The position numbers and the translations under genes were made by a program. From contig OZ024740.1 of assembly GCA_964016885.1 (NCBI GenBank), forward strand, positions 28,086,001 to 28,150,000: a stretch of DNA of 64,000 nucleotides. Direction: 5' to 3'. Numbering within the stretch: position 1 is the first letter of the stretch; every line of letters starts with the position of its first letter. Positions 28,101-42,200 of this stretch are shown one piece after another. The notes under the pieces were generated by a model. That model saw only the letters and a list, made by a program, of their open reading frames with translations, was not told the DNA's origin and ran no database searches. The DNA comes from Eledone cirrhosa (lineage: Eukaryota).

Positions 28101-31100
28101 TTTTCCTGATTATATGTGATCTTCCTGAGTATATCTGATTTTCCTGAGTATATGTGATTTCCCTGAGTATATGTGATTTTCCTGAGTACATGTGATTTTC
28201 ATGACTATATGTGATTTTCCTGAGTATATGTGATTTTCATGACTATGTGATTTTCCTGACAATATGTGATTTTCCTGAGTATATGTGATTTTCCTGAGTA
28301 TATGTGATTTCCTGAGTGTATGTGATTTTCCTGAGTATATGTGATTTTCCTGACTATATGTGGTTTTCATGAGTTTATGTGATCTTCCTGAGTATATGTG
28401 ATTTTCCTGAGTATTTGAGATCTTCCTGAGTTTATATGATTTCCCTGAATATATGTGATTTTCCTGAGTATATGTGATTTTCCTGAGTATATATGATTTT
28501 CCTGACTATATGTGATTTCCCTGAGTATATGTGATTTGTCTGAGTATATGTGATTTCACTAGGTATATGTGATTTTCCTGAGTATATGTGATTTTCCTGA
28601 CTATATGTGATTTTCCTGACTATATGTGATTTTCCTGAGTATATGTGATTTTCCTGAGTATAAGTGATTTCCCTGAGTATATGTGATTTTCCTGACTATT
28701 TGTAATTTTCCTGACTGTATGTGATTTTCTTGACTATATGTGATTTTCCTGAGTATATGTGATTTCCCTGACTATATGTGATTTCCCGGAGTATATGTGA
28801 TTTTCCTGTGTATATGTGATCTTCCTGAGTATATGCGATTTTCCTGAGTATATGTGATTTTCCTGACTATATGTGATTTTCCTGAGTATATGTGATCTTC
28901 CTGAGTATATGTGATTTTACTGAGTATATGCGATTTCCCTGAGTATATGTGATTTTCCTGAGTATATGTGATTTTCATGACTATATGTGATTTTCCTGAA
29001 TATATGTGATTTTCCTGACTATATGTGATTTTCCTGACAATATGAGATTTTCCTGAGTATGTGTGATTTCCCTGAGTATATGTGATTTTCATGAGAATAT
29101 GTGATATTCCTGAGTATATGTGATTTTCCTGATTTTATGTGATTTTCCTGAGTATATGTGATCTTCCTGAGTATATGTGATTTTCCTGAGTATATGCGAA
29201 TTTCCTGAGTATATGTGATTTTGCTGAGTATATGTGATTTCCTTGAGTATATGTGATTTCCCTGACTATATGTGATTTTCCTGAGTATATGTGATTTCCC
29301 TGAGTATATGTGATCTTCCTGAGTATATGTGATTTTCCTGAGTATATGCGATTTTCCTGAGTATATGTGATTTTCCTGACTATATGTGATCTTCCTGAGT
29401 ATATGTGATTTTCCTGAGTATATGTGATTTTCCTGACTATTTGTGATTTTCCGGAGTATATGTGATTTTCCTGAGTATATGTGATTTTCCTGAGTATATG
29501 TGATTTCCCTGAGTATATGTGATTTTCCTGACTATTTGTGATTTTCCTGACTGTATATGATTTTCCTGAGTATATGTGATTTTCCTGACTATATGTGATT
29601 TTCCTGAGTATATGTGATTTCCCTGACTATATGTGATTTTCCTGAGTATATGTGATTTTCCTGAGTATATGTGATTTTTCTGAGTATATGTGATCTTCCT
29701 GAGTATATGTGATTTCCCTGACTATATGTGATTTTCCTGATTATATGTGATCTTCCTGAGTATATCTGATTTTCCTGAGTATATGTGATTTCCCTGAGTA
29801 TATGTGATTTTCCTGAGTACATGTGATTTTCATGACTATATGTGATTTTCCTGAGTATATGTGATTTTCATGACTATGTGATTTTCCTGACAATATGTGA
29901 TTTTCCTGAGTATATGTGATTTTCCTGAGTATATGTGATTTCCTGAGTGTATGTGATTTTCCTGAGTATATGTGATTTTCCTGACTATATGTGGTTTTCA
30001 TGAGTTTATGTGATCTTCCTGAGTATATGTGATTTTCCTGAGTATATGAGATCTTCCTGAGTTTATATGACTTCCCTGAATATATGTGATTTTCCTGAGT
30101 ATATGTGATTTTCCTGAGTATATATGATTTTCCTGACTATATGTGATTTCCCTGAGTATATGTGATTTCCCTGACTATATGTGATTTTCCTGTGTATATG
30201 TGATCTTCCTGAGTATATGCGATTTTCCTGAGTATATGTGATTTTCCTGACTATATGTGATTTTCCTGAGTATATGTGATCTTCCTGAGTATATGTGATT
30301 TTACTGAGTATATGCGATTTCCCTGAGTATATGTGATTTTCCTGAGTATATGTGATTTTCATGACTATATGTGATTTTCCTGAATATATGTGATTTTCCT
30401 GACTATATGTGATTTTCCTGACAATATGAGATTTTCCTGAGTATGTGTGATTTCCCTGAGTATATGTGATTTTCATGAGAATATGTGATATTCCTGAGTA
30501 TATGTGATTTTCCTGATTTTATGTGATTTTCCTGAGTATATGTGATCTTCCTGAGTATATGTGATTTTCCTGAGTATATGCGAATTTCCTGAGTATATGT
30601 GATTTTGCTGAGTATATGTGATTTCCTTGAGTATATGTGATTTCCCTGACTATATGTGATTTTCCTGAGTATATGTGATTTCCCTGAGTATATGTGATCT
30701 TCCTGAGTATATGTGATTTTCCTGACTATTTGTGATTTTCCTGACTGTATATGATTTTCCTGAGTATATGTGATTTTCCTGACTATATGTGATTTTCCTG
30801 AGTATATGTGATTTCCCTGACTATATGTGATTTTCCTGAGTATATGTGATTTTCCTGAGTATATGTGATTTTTCTGAGTATATGTGATCTTCCTGAGTAT
30901 ATGTGATTTCCCTGACTATATGTGATTTTCCTGATTATATGTGATCTTCCTGAGTATATCTGATTTTCCTGAGTATATGTGATTTCCCTGAGTATATGTG
31001 ATTTTCCTGAGTACATGTGATTTTCATGACTATATGTGATTTTCCTGAGTATATGTGATTTTCATGACTATGTGATTTTCCTGACAATATGTGATTTTCC

Positions 31101-31900
31101 TGAGTATATGTGATTTTCCTGAGTATATGTGATTTCCTGAGTGTATGCGATTTTCCTGAGTATATGTGATTTTCCTGACTATATGTGGTTTTCATGAGTT
31201 TATGTGATCTTCCTGAGTATATGTGATTTTCCTGAGTATATGAGATCTTCCTGAGTTTATATGACTTCCCTGAATATATGTGATTTTCCTGAGTATATGT
31301 GATTTTCCTGAGTATATATGATTTTCCTGACTATATGTGATTTCCCTGAGTATATGTGATTTGTCTGAGTATATGTGATTTCACTAGGTATACGTGATTT
31401 TCCTGAGTATATGTGATTTTCCTGACTATATGTGATTTTCCTGACTATATGTGATTTTCCTGAGTATATGTGATTTTCCTGAGTATAAGTGATTTCCCTG
31501 AGTATATGTGATTTTCCTGACTATTTGTAATTTTCCTGACTGTATGTGATTTTCTTGACTATATGTGATTTTCCTGAGTATATGTGATTTCCCTGACTAT
31601 ATGTGATTTCCCGGAGTATATGTGATTTTCCTGTGTATATGTGATCTTCCTGAGTATATGCGATTTTCCTGAGTATATGTGATTTTCCTGACTATATGTG
31701 ATTTTCCTGAGTATATGTGATCTCCCTGAGTATATGTGATTTTCCTGAGTATATGCGATTTCCCTGAGTATATGTGATTTTCCTGAGTATATGTGATTTT
31801 CATGACTATATGTGATTTTCCTGAGTATATGTGATTTTCCTGACAATATGTGATTTTACTGACTATTTGTGATTTTCCTGACTGTATGTGATTTTCTTGA
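18880..31900. repeat. Sub-family domain B: 1631-bp (86-monomer) higher-order repeat with interspersed 760-bp (40-monomer) units
   Basis: Equivalent ORFs recur at +1631 (19119/20750, 19936/21567, 27958/29589). 86x19-3=1631 matches one 17-bp and one 18-bp monomer per unit. Markers: GGTTTTCATGAGTTTATG, GACAATATGAGA, GATTTTACTGAG, CTGATTTTATG. Confidence 0.85.
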
Positions 31901-34900
31901 CTATATGTGATTTTCCTGAGTATATGTGATTTTCCTGAGTATATGTGATTTTCCTGACTATATGTGATTTTCCTGAGTATATAAAATTTTACTGAGTATA
32001 TGTGATTTTCCTGAGTATATGTGATTTTCCTGACTATATGTGATTTTCTTGAGTATATAAAATTTCCCTGAGTATATGTGATTTTCGTGAGCATATATGA
32101 TTTTCCTGACTATATGTGATTTCCCGCAGTATATGTGATTTTCCTGAGTATATGTGATTTTCCTGAGTATATGTGATTTTCCTGAGTATATGTGATTTTC
32201 CTGAGTATATGTGATTTTCCTGACTATATGTGATTTCCCGCAGTATATGTGATTCTCCTGAGTATATGTGATATTCCTGAGTATATGTGATTTTCCTGAG
32301 TATATGTGATTTCCCTGAGTATATGTGATTTTCCTGAGTATATGTGATTTTCCTGACTATATGTGATTTTCCTGAGTATATGTGATTTTCCTGAATGTAT
32401 GTGATTTTTCTGACAATATGTGATTTTCATGAGTATGTGTGATACCCCTGAGTATATGTGATTTTCATGAGTATATGTGATATTCCTGAGTATATGTGAT
32501 TTTCCTGACTATATGTGATTTTCCTGAGTATATGTGATCGTCCTGAGTATATGTGATTTTCCTGAGTATATGCGATTTTCCTGAGTATATGTGATTTTTC
32601 TGAGTATATGTGATTTTCCTGAGTATATGTGATTTTCCTGACAATATGTGATTTTCATGAGTATGTGTGATTTTCCTGACTATATGTGATTTTCCTGAGT
32701 ATATGTGATTTTCCTGAGTATATGTGATTTCCCTGAATATATGTGATTTTCCTGAGTATATGTGATTTCCCTGAATATATGTGATTTTCCTGAGTATATG
32801 TGATTTTCCTTTGTATATATGATTTTCCTGAGTATATGTGATTTTCCTGAGTATATGTGATTTCCCTGAGTATATGTGATTTTGCTGAGTATATGTGATT
32901 TTCCTGAGTATATGTGATTTTCCTGACTATATGTGATTTCCCTGACGATATGTGATTTTCCTAACTATATGTGATTTTCCTGACTATATGAGATTTTCCT
33001 GAGTATATGTGATTTTCCTGACTATATGTAATTTTCCTGAGTATATGTGATTTCCCTGACTATATGTGATTTTCCTGAATATATGTGATTTTCTTGACAA
33101 AATGTGATTTTCCTTAGTATATGTGATTTTCCTGAGTATATGTGATTTCCCTGAGTATACGTGATTTTACTGGCTATATGTGATTTTCCTGAGTATATGT
33201 GATTTTCCTGCGTATATGTGATTTTCCTGAGTATATGTGATTTTCCTGATTATATGTGATTTCCCTGAGTATATGTGATTTTCCTGAGTATATGTGATTT
33301 TCCTGAGTCTATGTGATTTTCCTGACTATATGTGATTTCCCTGAATATATGTGATTTTCCAGAGTATATGCGATTTTCCTGAGTATATGTGATTTCCTTG
33401 AGTATATGTGATTTCCCTGACTATATGTGATTTCCCTGAGTATATGTGATTTTCCTGAGTATATGTTATTTTCATGAGTATTTGATTTTCCTGAGTTTAA
33501 GTGATTTTCCTGACTATTTGTGATTTTCCTGACTATATGTGATTTTCCTGAGTATATGCGACTTTCCTGAGTATATTACATTTTCCTGACTATATGTGAT
33601 CTTCCTGAGTATATGTGATTTCCCTGAGTATATGTGATTTTCCTGACTATTTGTGATTTTCCTGAGTATATGTGATTTTCCTGACTATATGTGATTTTCC
33701 TGAGTATATGTGATCTTTCTGAGTATATGTGATTTTCCTGAGTATAGGCGATTTTCCTGAGTATATTTGATTTTGCTGACTATATGTGTTCTTCCTGAGT
33801 ATGTGTGATTTCCAGGAATATATGTGATTTTCCTGAGTGTATGTGATTTTCCTGAGTATATGTGATTTTCCTGAATATATGTGATTTTCCTGAGTATATG
33901 TTATTTCCCTGAATATATGTGATTTTCCTGAGTATATGTGATTTTCCTGTGTATATATGATTTTCCTGAGTATATGTGATTTTCCTGAGTATATGTGATT
34001 TCCCTGAGAATATGAGATTTTCATGAGTATATGTGATTTCACTAGGTATATGTGAATTTCCTGACTATATTTGATTTTTCTGACTATATGTGATTTCATT
34101 GGGTATTTGTGATTTTCCTGACTATATGTGATTTTCCTGAGTATATGTGATCTTCCTGAGTATATGTGATTTTCCTGAGTATATGTGATTTTCCTGACTA
34201 TATGTGATTTTCCTGAGTATATGTGATTTTCCTGAGTATATGTGATTTCCCTGAGTATATGTGATTTTCCTGACTATTTGTGATTTTCCTGACTGTATGT
34301 GATTTTCCTGACTATATGTGATTTTCCTGAGTATATGTGATTTTCCTGACTATATGTGATTTTCCTGAGTATATGTAATTTCCCTGAGTATATGTGATTT
34401 CCCTGACTATATGTGATTTCCCTGAGTATATGTGATTTTGCTGAGTATATGTGATTTTCCTGAGTATATGTGATTTCCCTGAGTATATGTGATTTTACTG
34501 GATATATGTGATTTTCCTGAGTATATGTGATTTTCATGAGTATGTGTGATTTTCCTGACTATATGTGATTTTCCTGAGTATATGTGATTTTCCTGAGTAT
34601 ATGTGATTTCCCTGAATATATGTGATTTTCCTGAGTATATGTGATTTCCCTGAATATATGTGATTTTCCTGAGTATATGTGATTTTCCTTTGTATATATG
34701 ATTTTCCTGAGTATATGTGATTTTCCTGAGTATATGTGATTTCCCTGAGTATATGTGATTTTCCTGAGTATATGTGATTTTCCTGAGTATATGTGATTTC
34801 CCTGACTATATGTGATTTCCCTGACGATATGTGATTTTCCTAACTATATGTGATTTTCCTGACTATATGAGATTTTCCTGAGTATATGTGATTTTCCTGA

Positions 34901-36200
34901 CTATATGTAATTTTCCTGAGTATATGTGATTTCCCTGACTATATGTGATTTTCCTGAATATATGTGATTTTCTTGACAAAATGTGATTTTCCTTAGTATA
35001 TGTGATTTTCCTGAGTGTATGTGATTTCCCTGAGTATACGTGATTTTACTGGCTATATGTGATTTTCCTGAGTATATGTGATTTTCCTGCGTATATGTGA
35101 TTTTCCTGAGTATATGTGATTTTCCTGATTATATGTGATTTCCCTGAGTATATGTGATTTTCCTGAGTAAATGTGATATTCCTGAGTATAGGCGATTTTC
35201 CTGAGTATATGTGATTTTCCTGAGTATATGTGATCTTCCTGAGTATATGTGATTTTCCTGAGTATATGCGATTTTCCTGAGTATATGTGATTTTCCTGAG
35301 TATATGTGATTTTCCTGACAATATGTGATTTTCATGAGTATGTGTGATTTTCCTGACTATATGTGATTTTCCTGAGTATATGTGATTTTCCTGAGTATAT
35401 GTGATTTCCCTGAATATATGTGATTTTCCTGAGTATATGTGATTTCCCTGAATATATGTGATTTTCCTGAGTATATGTGATTTTCCTTTGTATATATGAT
35501 TTTCCTGAGTATATGTGATTTTCCTGAGTATATGTGATTTCCCTGAGTATATGTGATTTTCCTGAGTATATGTGATTTTCCTGAGTATATGTGATTTCCC
35601 TGACTATATGTGATTTCCCTGACGATATGTGATTTTCCTAACTATATGTGATTTTCCTGACTATATGAGATTTTCCTGAGTATATGTGATTTTCCTGACT
35701 ATATGTAATTTTCCTGAGTATATGTGATTTCCCTGACTATATGTGATTTTCCTGAATATATGTGATTTTCTTGACAAAATGTGATTTTCCTTAGTATATG
35801 TGATTTTCCTGAGTATATGTGATCTTCCTGAGTATATGTGATTTCCCTGAGTATATGTGATTTTCCTGAGTATATGTGATTTTCCTGAGTATTTGTGATT
35901 TTCCTGAGTCTATGTGATTTTCCTGACTATATGTGATTTCCCTGAATATATGTGATTTTCCAGAGTATATGCGATTTTCCTGAGTATATGTGATTTCCTT
36001 GAGTATATGTGATTTCCCTGACTATATGTGATTTCCCTGAGTATATGTGATTTTCCTGAGTATATGTTATTTTCATGAGTATTTGATTTTCCTGAGTTTA
36101 AGTGATTTTCCTGACTATTTGTGATTTTTCGGAGTATATGTGATTTTCCTGAGTATATGTGATTTTCCTGAGTATATGTGATTTCCCTGAGTATATGTGA
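31900..36200. repeat. Sub-family domain C block including a 798-bp (42-monomer) internal tandem repeat
   Basis: Markers: CCTTTGTATA, GACGATATG, GACAAAATG, CCTTAGT, CCTGCGTA, TATAGGCG, TTCCAGGAA. TTTTCCTTTG occurs at 34683 and 35481 (+798 = 42x19). Confidence 0.8.
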
Positions 36201-39200
36201 TTTTCCTGACTATTTGTGATTTTCCTGAGTATATGTGATTTCCCTGACTATATGTGATTTTCCTGAGTATATGTGATTTTCCTGAGTGTATGTGATTTTC
36301 CTGAGTATATGTGATTTTCCTGACTATATGTGGTTTTCATGAGTTTATGTGATCTTCCTGAGTATATGTGATTTTCCTGAGTATTTGAGATCTTCCTGAG
36401 TTTATATGATTTCCCTGAATATATGTGATTTTCCTGAGTATATGTGATTTTCCTGAGTATATATGATTTTCCTGACTATATGTGATTTCCCTGAGTATAT
36501 GTGATTTGTCTGAGTATATGTGATTTCACTAGGTATATGTGATTTTCCTGAGTATATGTGATTTTCCTGACTATATGTGATTTTCCTGACTATATGTGAT
36601 TTTCCTGAGTATATGTGATTTTCCTGAGTATAAGTGATTTCCCTGAGTATATGTGATTTTCCTGACTATTTGTAATTTTCCTGACTGTATGTGATTTTCT
36701 TGACTATATGTGATTTTCCTGAGTATATGTGATTTCCCTGACTATATGTGATTTCCCGGAGTATATGTGATTTTCCTGTGTATATGTGATCTTCCTGAGT
36801 ATATGCGATTTTCCTGAGTATATGTGATTTTCCTGACTATATGTGATTCTCCTGAGTATATGTGATCTTCCTGAGTATATGTGATTTTACTGAGTATATG
36901 CGATTTCCCTGAGTATATGTGATTTTCCTGAGTATATGTGATTTTCATGACTATATGTGATTTTCCTGAATATATGTGATTTTCCTGACTATATGTGATT
37001 TTCCTGACAATATGAGATTTTCCTGAGTATGTGTGATTTCCCTGAGTATATGTGATTTTCATGAGAATATGTGATATTCCTGAGTATATGTGATTTTCCT
37101 GATTTTATGTGATTTTCCTGAGTATATGTGATCTTCCTGAGTATATGTGATTTTCCTGAGTATATGCGAATTTCCTGAGTATATGTGATTTTGCTGAGTA
37201 TATGTGATTTCCTTGAGTATATGTGATTTCCCTGACTATATGTGATTTTCCTGAGTATATGTGATTTCCCTGAGTATATGTGATCTTCCTGAGTATATGT
37301 GATTTTCCTGAGTATATGCGATTTTCCTGAGTATATGTGATTTTCCTGACTATATGTGATCTTCCTGAGTATATGTGATTTTCCTGAGTATATGTGATTT
37401 TCCTGACTATTTGTGATTTTCCGAAGTATATGTGATTTTCCTGAGTATATGTGATTTTCCTGAGTATATGTGATTTCCCTGAGTATATGTGATTTTCCTG
37501 ACTATTTGTGATTTTCCTGACTGTATATGATTTTCCTGAGTATATGTGATTTTCCTGACTATATGTGATTTTCCTGAGTATATGTGATTTCCCTGACTAT
37601 ATGTGATTTTCCTGAGTATATGTGATTTTCCTGAGTATATGTGATTTTTCTGAGTATATGTGATCTTCCTGAGTATATGTGATTTCCCTGACTATATGTG
37701 ATTTTCCTGATTATATGTGATCTTCCTGAGTATATCTGATTTTCCTGAGTATATGTGATTTCCCTGAGTATATGTGATTTTCCTGAGTACATGTGATTTT
37801 CATGACTATATGTGATTTTCCTGAGTATATGTGATTTTCATGACTATGTGATTTTCCTGACAATATGTGATTTTCCTGAGTATATGTGATTTTCCTGAGT
37901 ATATGTGATTTCCTGAGTGTATGTGATTTTCCTGAGTATATGTGATTTTCCTGACTATATGTGGTTTTCATGAGTTTATGTGATCTTCCTGAGTATATGT
38001 GATTTTCCTGAGTATATGAGATCTTCCTGAGTTTATATGACTTCCCTGAATATATGTGATTTTCCTGAGTATATGTGATTTTCCTGAGTATATATGATTT
38101 TCCTGACTATATGTGATTTCCCTGAGTATATGTGATTTGTCTGAGTATATGTGATTTCACTAGGTATACGTGATTTTCCTGAGTATATGTGATTTTCCTG
38201 ACTATATGTGATTTTCCTGACTATATGTGATTTTCCTGAGTATATGTGATTTTCCTGAGTATAAGTGATTTCCCTGAGTATATGTGATTTTCCTGACTAT
38301 TTGTAATTTTCCTGACTGTATGTGATTTTCTTGACTATATGTGATTTTCCTGAGTATATGTGATTTCCCTGACTATATGTGATTTCCCGGAGTATATGTG
38401 ATTTTCCTGTGTATATGTGATCTTCCTGAGTATATGCGATTTTCCTGAGTATATGTGATTTTCCTGACTATATGTGATTTTCCTGAGTATATGTGATCTC
38501 CCTGAGTATATGTGATTTTCCTGAGTATATGCGATTTCCCTGAGTATATGTGATTTTCCTGAGTATATGTGATTTTCATGACTATATGTGATTTTCCTGA
38601 GTATATGTGATTTTCCTGACAATATGTGATTTTACTGACTATTTGTGATTTTCCTGACTGTATGTGATTTTCTTGACTATATGTGATTTTCCTGAGTATA
38701 TGTGATTTTCCTGAGTATATGTGATTTTCCTGAGTATATGCGATTTTCCTGAGTATATGTGATTTTCCTGACTATATGAGATCTTCCTGAGTTTATATGA
38801 TTTCCCTGAATATATGTGATTTTCCTGAGTATATGTGATTTTCCTGAGTATATATGATTTTCCAGACTATATGTGATTTCCCTGAGTATATGTGATTTGT
38901 CTGAGTATATGTGATTTCACTAGGTATATGTGATTTTCCTGAGTATATGTGATTTTCCTGACTATATGTGATTTTCCTAACTATATGTGATTTTCTTGAG
39001 TATATGTGATTTTCCTGAGTATAAGTGATTTCCCTGAGTATATGTGATTTTCCTGACTATTTGTAATTTTCCTGACTGTATGTGATTTTCTTGACTATAT
39101 GTGATTTTCCTGACTATATGTGATTTCCCTGACTATATGTGATTTCCCGGAGTATATGTGATTTTCCTGAGTATATGTGATCTTCCTGAGTATATGTGAT

Positions 39201-42200
39201 TTTCCTGAGTATATGTGATTTTCCTGACTATATGTGATTTTCCTGAGTATATGTGATCTTCCTGAGTATATGTGATTTTACTGAGTATATGCGATTTCCC
39301 TGAGTATATGTGATTTTCCTGAGTATATGTGATTTTCATGACTATATGTGATTTTCCTGAATATATGTGATTTTCCTGACTATATGTGATTTTCCTGACA
39401 ATATGAGATTTTCCTGAGTATGTGTGATTTCCCTGAGTATATGTGATTTTCATGAGAATATGTGATATTCCTGAGTATATGTGATTTTCCTGATTTTATG
39501 TGATTTTACTGAGTATATGTGATCTTCCTGAGTATATGTGATTTTCCTGAGTATATGCGAATTTCCTGAGTATATGTGATTTTGCTGAGTATATGTGATT
39601 TCCTTGAGTATATGTGATTTCCCTGACTATATGTGATTTTCCTGAGTATATGTGATTTCCCTGAGTATATGTGATCTTCCTGAGTATATGTGATTTTCCT
39701 GAGTATATGCGATTTTCCTGAGTATATGTGATTTTCCTGACTATATGTGATCTTCCTGAGTATATGTGATTTTCCTGAGTATATGTGATTTTCCTGACTA
39801 TTTGTGATTTTCCGGAGTATATGTGATTTTCCTGAGTATATGTGATTTTCCTGAGTATATGTGATTTCCCTGAGTATATGTGATTTTCCTGACTATTTGT
39901 GATTTTCCTGACTGTATATGATTTTCCTGAGTATATGTGATTTTACTGACTATATGTGATTTTCCTGAGTATATGTGATTTCCCTGACTATATGTGATTT
40001 TCCTGAGTATATGTGATTTTCCTGAGTATATGTGATTTTTCTGAGTATATGTGATCTTCCTGAGTATATGTGATTTCCCTGACTATATGTGATTTTCCTG
40101 ATTATATGTGATCTTCCTGAGTATATCTGATTTTCCTGAGTATATGTGATTTCCCTGAGTATATGTGATTTTCCTGAGTACATGTGATTTTCATGACTAT
40201 ATGTGATTTTCCTGAGTATATGTGATTTTCATGACTATGTGATTTTCCTGACAATATGTGATTTTCCTGAGTATATGTGATTTTCCTGAGTATATGTGAT
40301 TTCCTGAGTGTATGTGATTTTCCTGAGTATATGTGATTTTCCTGGCTATATGTGGTTTTCATGAGTTTATGTGATCTTCCTGAGTATATGTGATTTTCCT
40401 GAGTATTTGAGATCTTCCTGAGTTTATATGATTTCCCTGAATATATGTGATTTTCCTGAGTATATGTGATTTTCCTGAGTATATATGATTTTCCTGACTA
40501 TATGTGATTTCCCTGAGTATATGTGATTTGTCTGAGTATATGTGATTTCACTAGGTATATGTGATTTTCCTGAGTATATGTGATTTTCCTGACTATATGT
40601 GATTTTCCTGACTATATGTGATTTTCCTGAGTATATGTGATTTTCCTGAGTATAAGTGATTTCCCTGAGTATATGTGATTTTCCTGATTATATGTGATTT
40701 CCCTGAGTATACGTGATTTTACTGGCTATATGTGATTTTCCTGAGTATATGTGATTTTCCTGCGTATATGTGATTTTCCTGAGTATATGTGATTTTCCTG
40801 ATTATATGTGATTTCCCTGAGTATATGTGATTTTCCTGAGTAAATGTGATATTCCTGAGTATAGGCGATTTTCCTGAGTATATGTGATTTTCCTGAGTAT
40901 ATGTGATCTTCCTGAGTATATGTGATTTTCCTGAGTATATGCGATTTTCCTGAGTATATGTGATTTTCCTGAGTATATGTGATTTTCCTGACAATATGTG
41001 ATTTTCATGAGTATGTGTGATTTTCCTGACTATATGTGATTTTCCTGAGTATATGTGATTTTCCTGAGTATATGTGATTTCCCTGAATATATGTGATTTT
41101 CCTGAGTATATGTGATTTCCCTGAATATATGTGATTTTCCTGAGTATATGTGATTTTCCTTTGTATATATGATTTTCCTGAGTATATGTGATTTTCCTGA
41201 GTATATGTGATTTCCCTGAGTATATGTGATTTTCCTGAGTATATGTGATTTTCCTGAGTATATGTGATTTCCCTGACTATATGTGATTTCCCTGACGATA
41301 TGTGATTTTCCTAACTATATGTGATTTTCCTGACTATATGAGATTTTCCTGAGTATATGTGATTTTCCTGACTATATGTAATTTTCCTGAGTATATGTGA
41401 TTTCCCTGACTATATGTGATTTTCCTGAATATATGTGATTTTCTTGACAAAATGTGATTTTCCTTAGTATATGTGATTTTCCTGAGTATATGTGATCTTC
41501 CTGAGTATATGTGATTTCCCTGAGTATATGTGATTTTCCTGAGTATATGTGATTTTCCTGAGTATTTGTGATTTTCCTGAGTCTATGTGATTTTCCTGAC
41601 TATATGTGATTTCCCTGAATATATGTGATTTTCCAGAGTATATGCGATTTTCCTGAGTATATGTGATTTCCTTGAGTATATGTGATTTCCCTGACTATAT
41701 GTGATTTCCCTGAGTATATGTGATTTTCCTGAGTATATGTTATTTTCATGAGTATTTGATTTTCCTGAGTTTAAGTGATTTTCCTGACTATTTGTGATTT
41801 TTCGGAGTATATGTGATTTTCCTGAGTATATGTGATTTTCCTGAGTATATGTGATTTCCCGGAGTATATGTGATTTTCCTGAGTATATGTGATCTTCCTG
41901 AGTATATGTGATTTTCCTGAGTATATGTGATTTTCCTGACTATATGTGATTTTCCTGAGTATATGTGATCTTCCTGAGTATATGTGATTTTACTGAGTAT
42001 ATGCGATTTCCCTGAGTATATGTGATTTTCCTGAGTATATGTGATTTTCATGACTATATGTGATTTTCCTGAATATATGTGATTTTCCTGACTATATGTG
42101 ATTTTCCTGACAATATGAGATTTTCCTGAGTATGTGTGATTTCCCTGAGTATATGTGATTTTCATGAGAATATGTGATATTCCTGAGTATATGTGATTTT

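Noticed and set aside
33809-33819. TTCCAGGAA, a perfect STAT/GAS-type palindrome (also ~52974, 58511, 61109)
   Set aside because: It lies in a variant monomer copied with the C blocks, and there is no nearby gene or other evidence of regulatory function.
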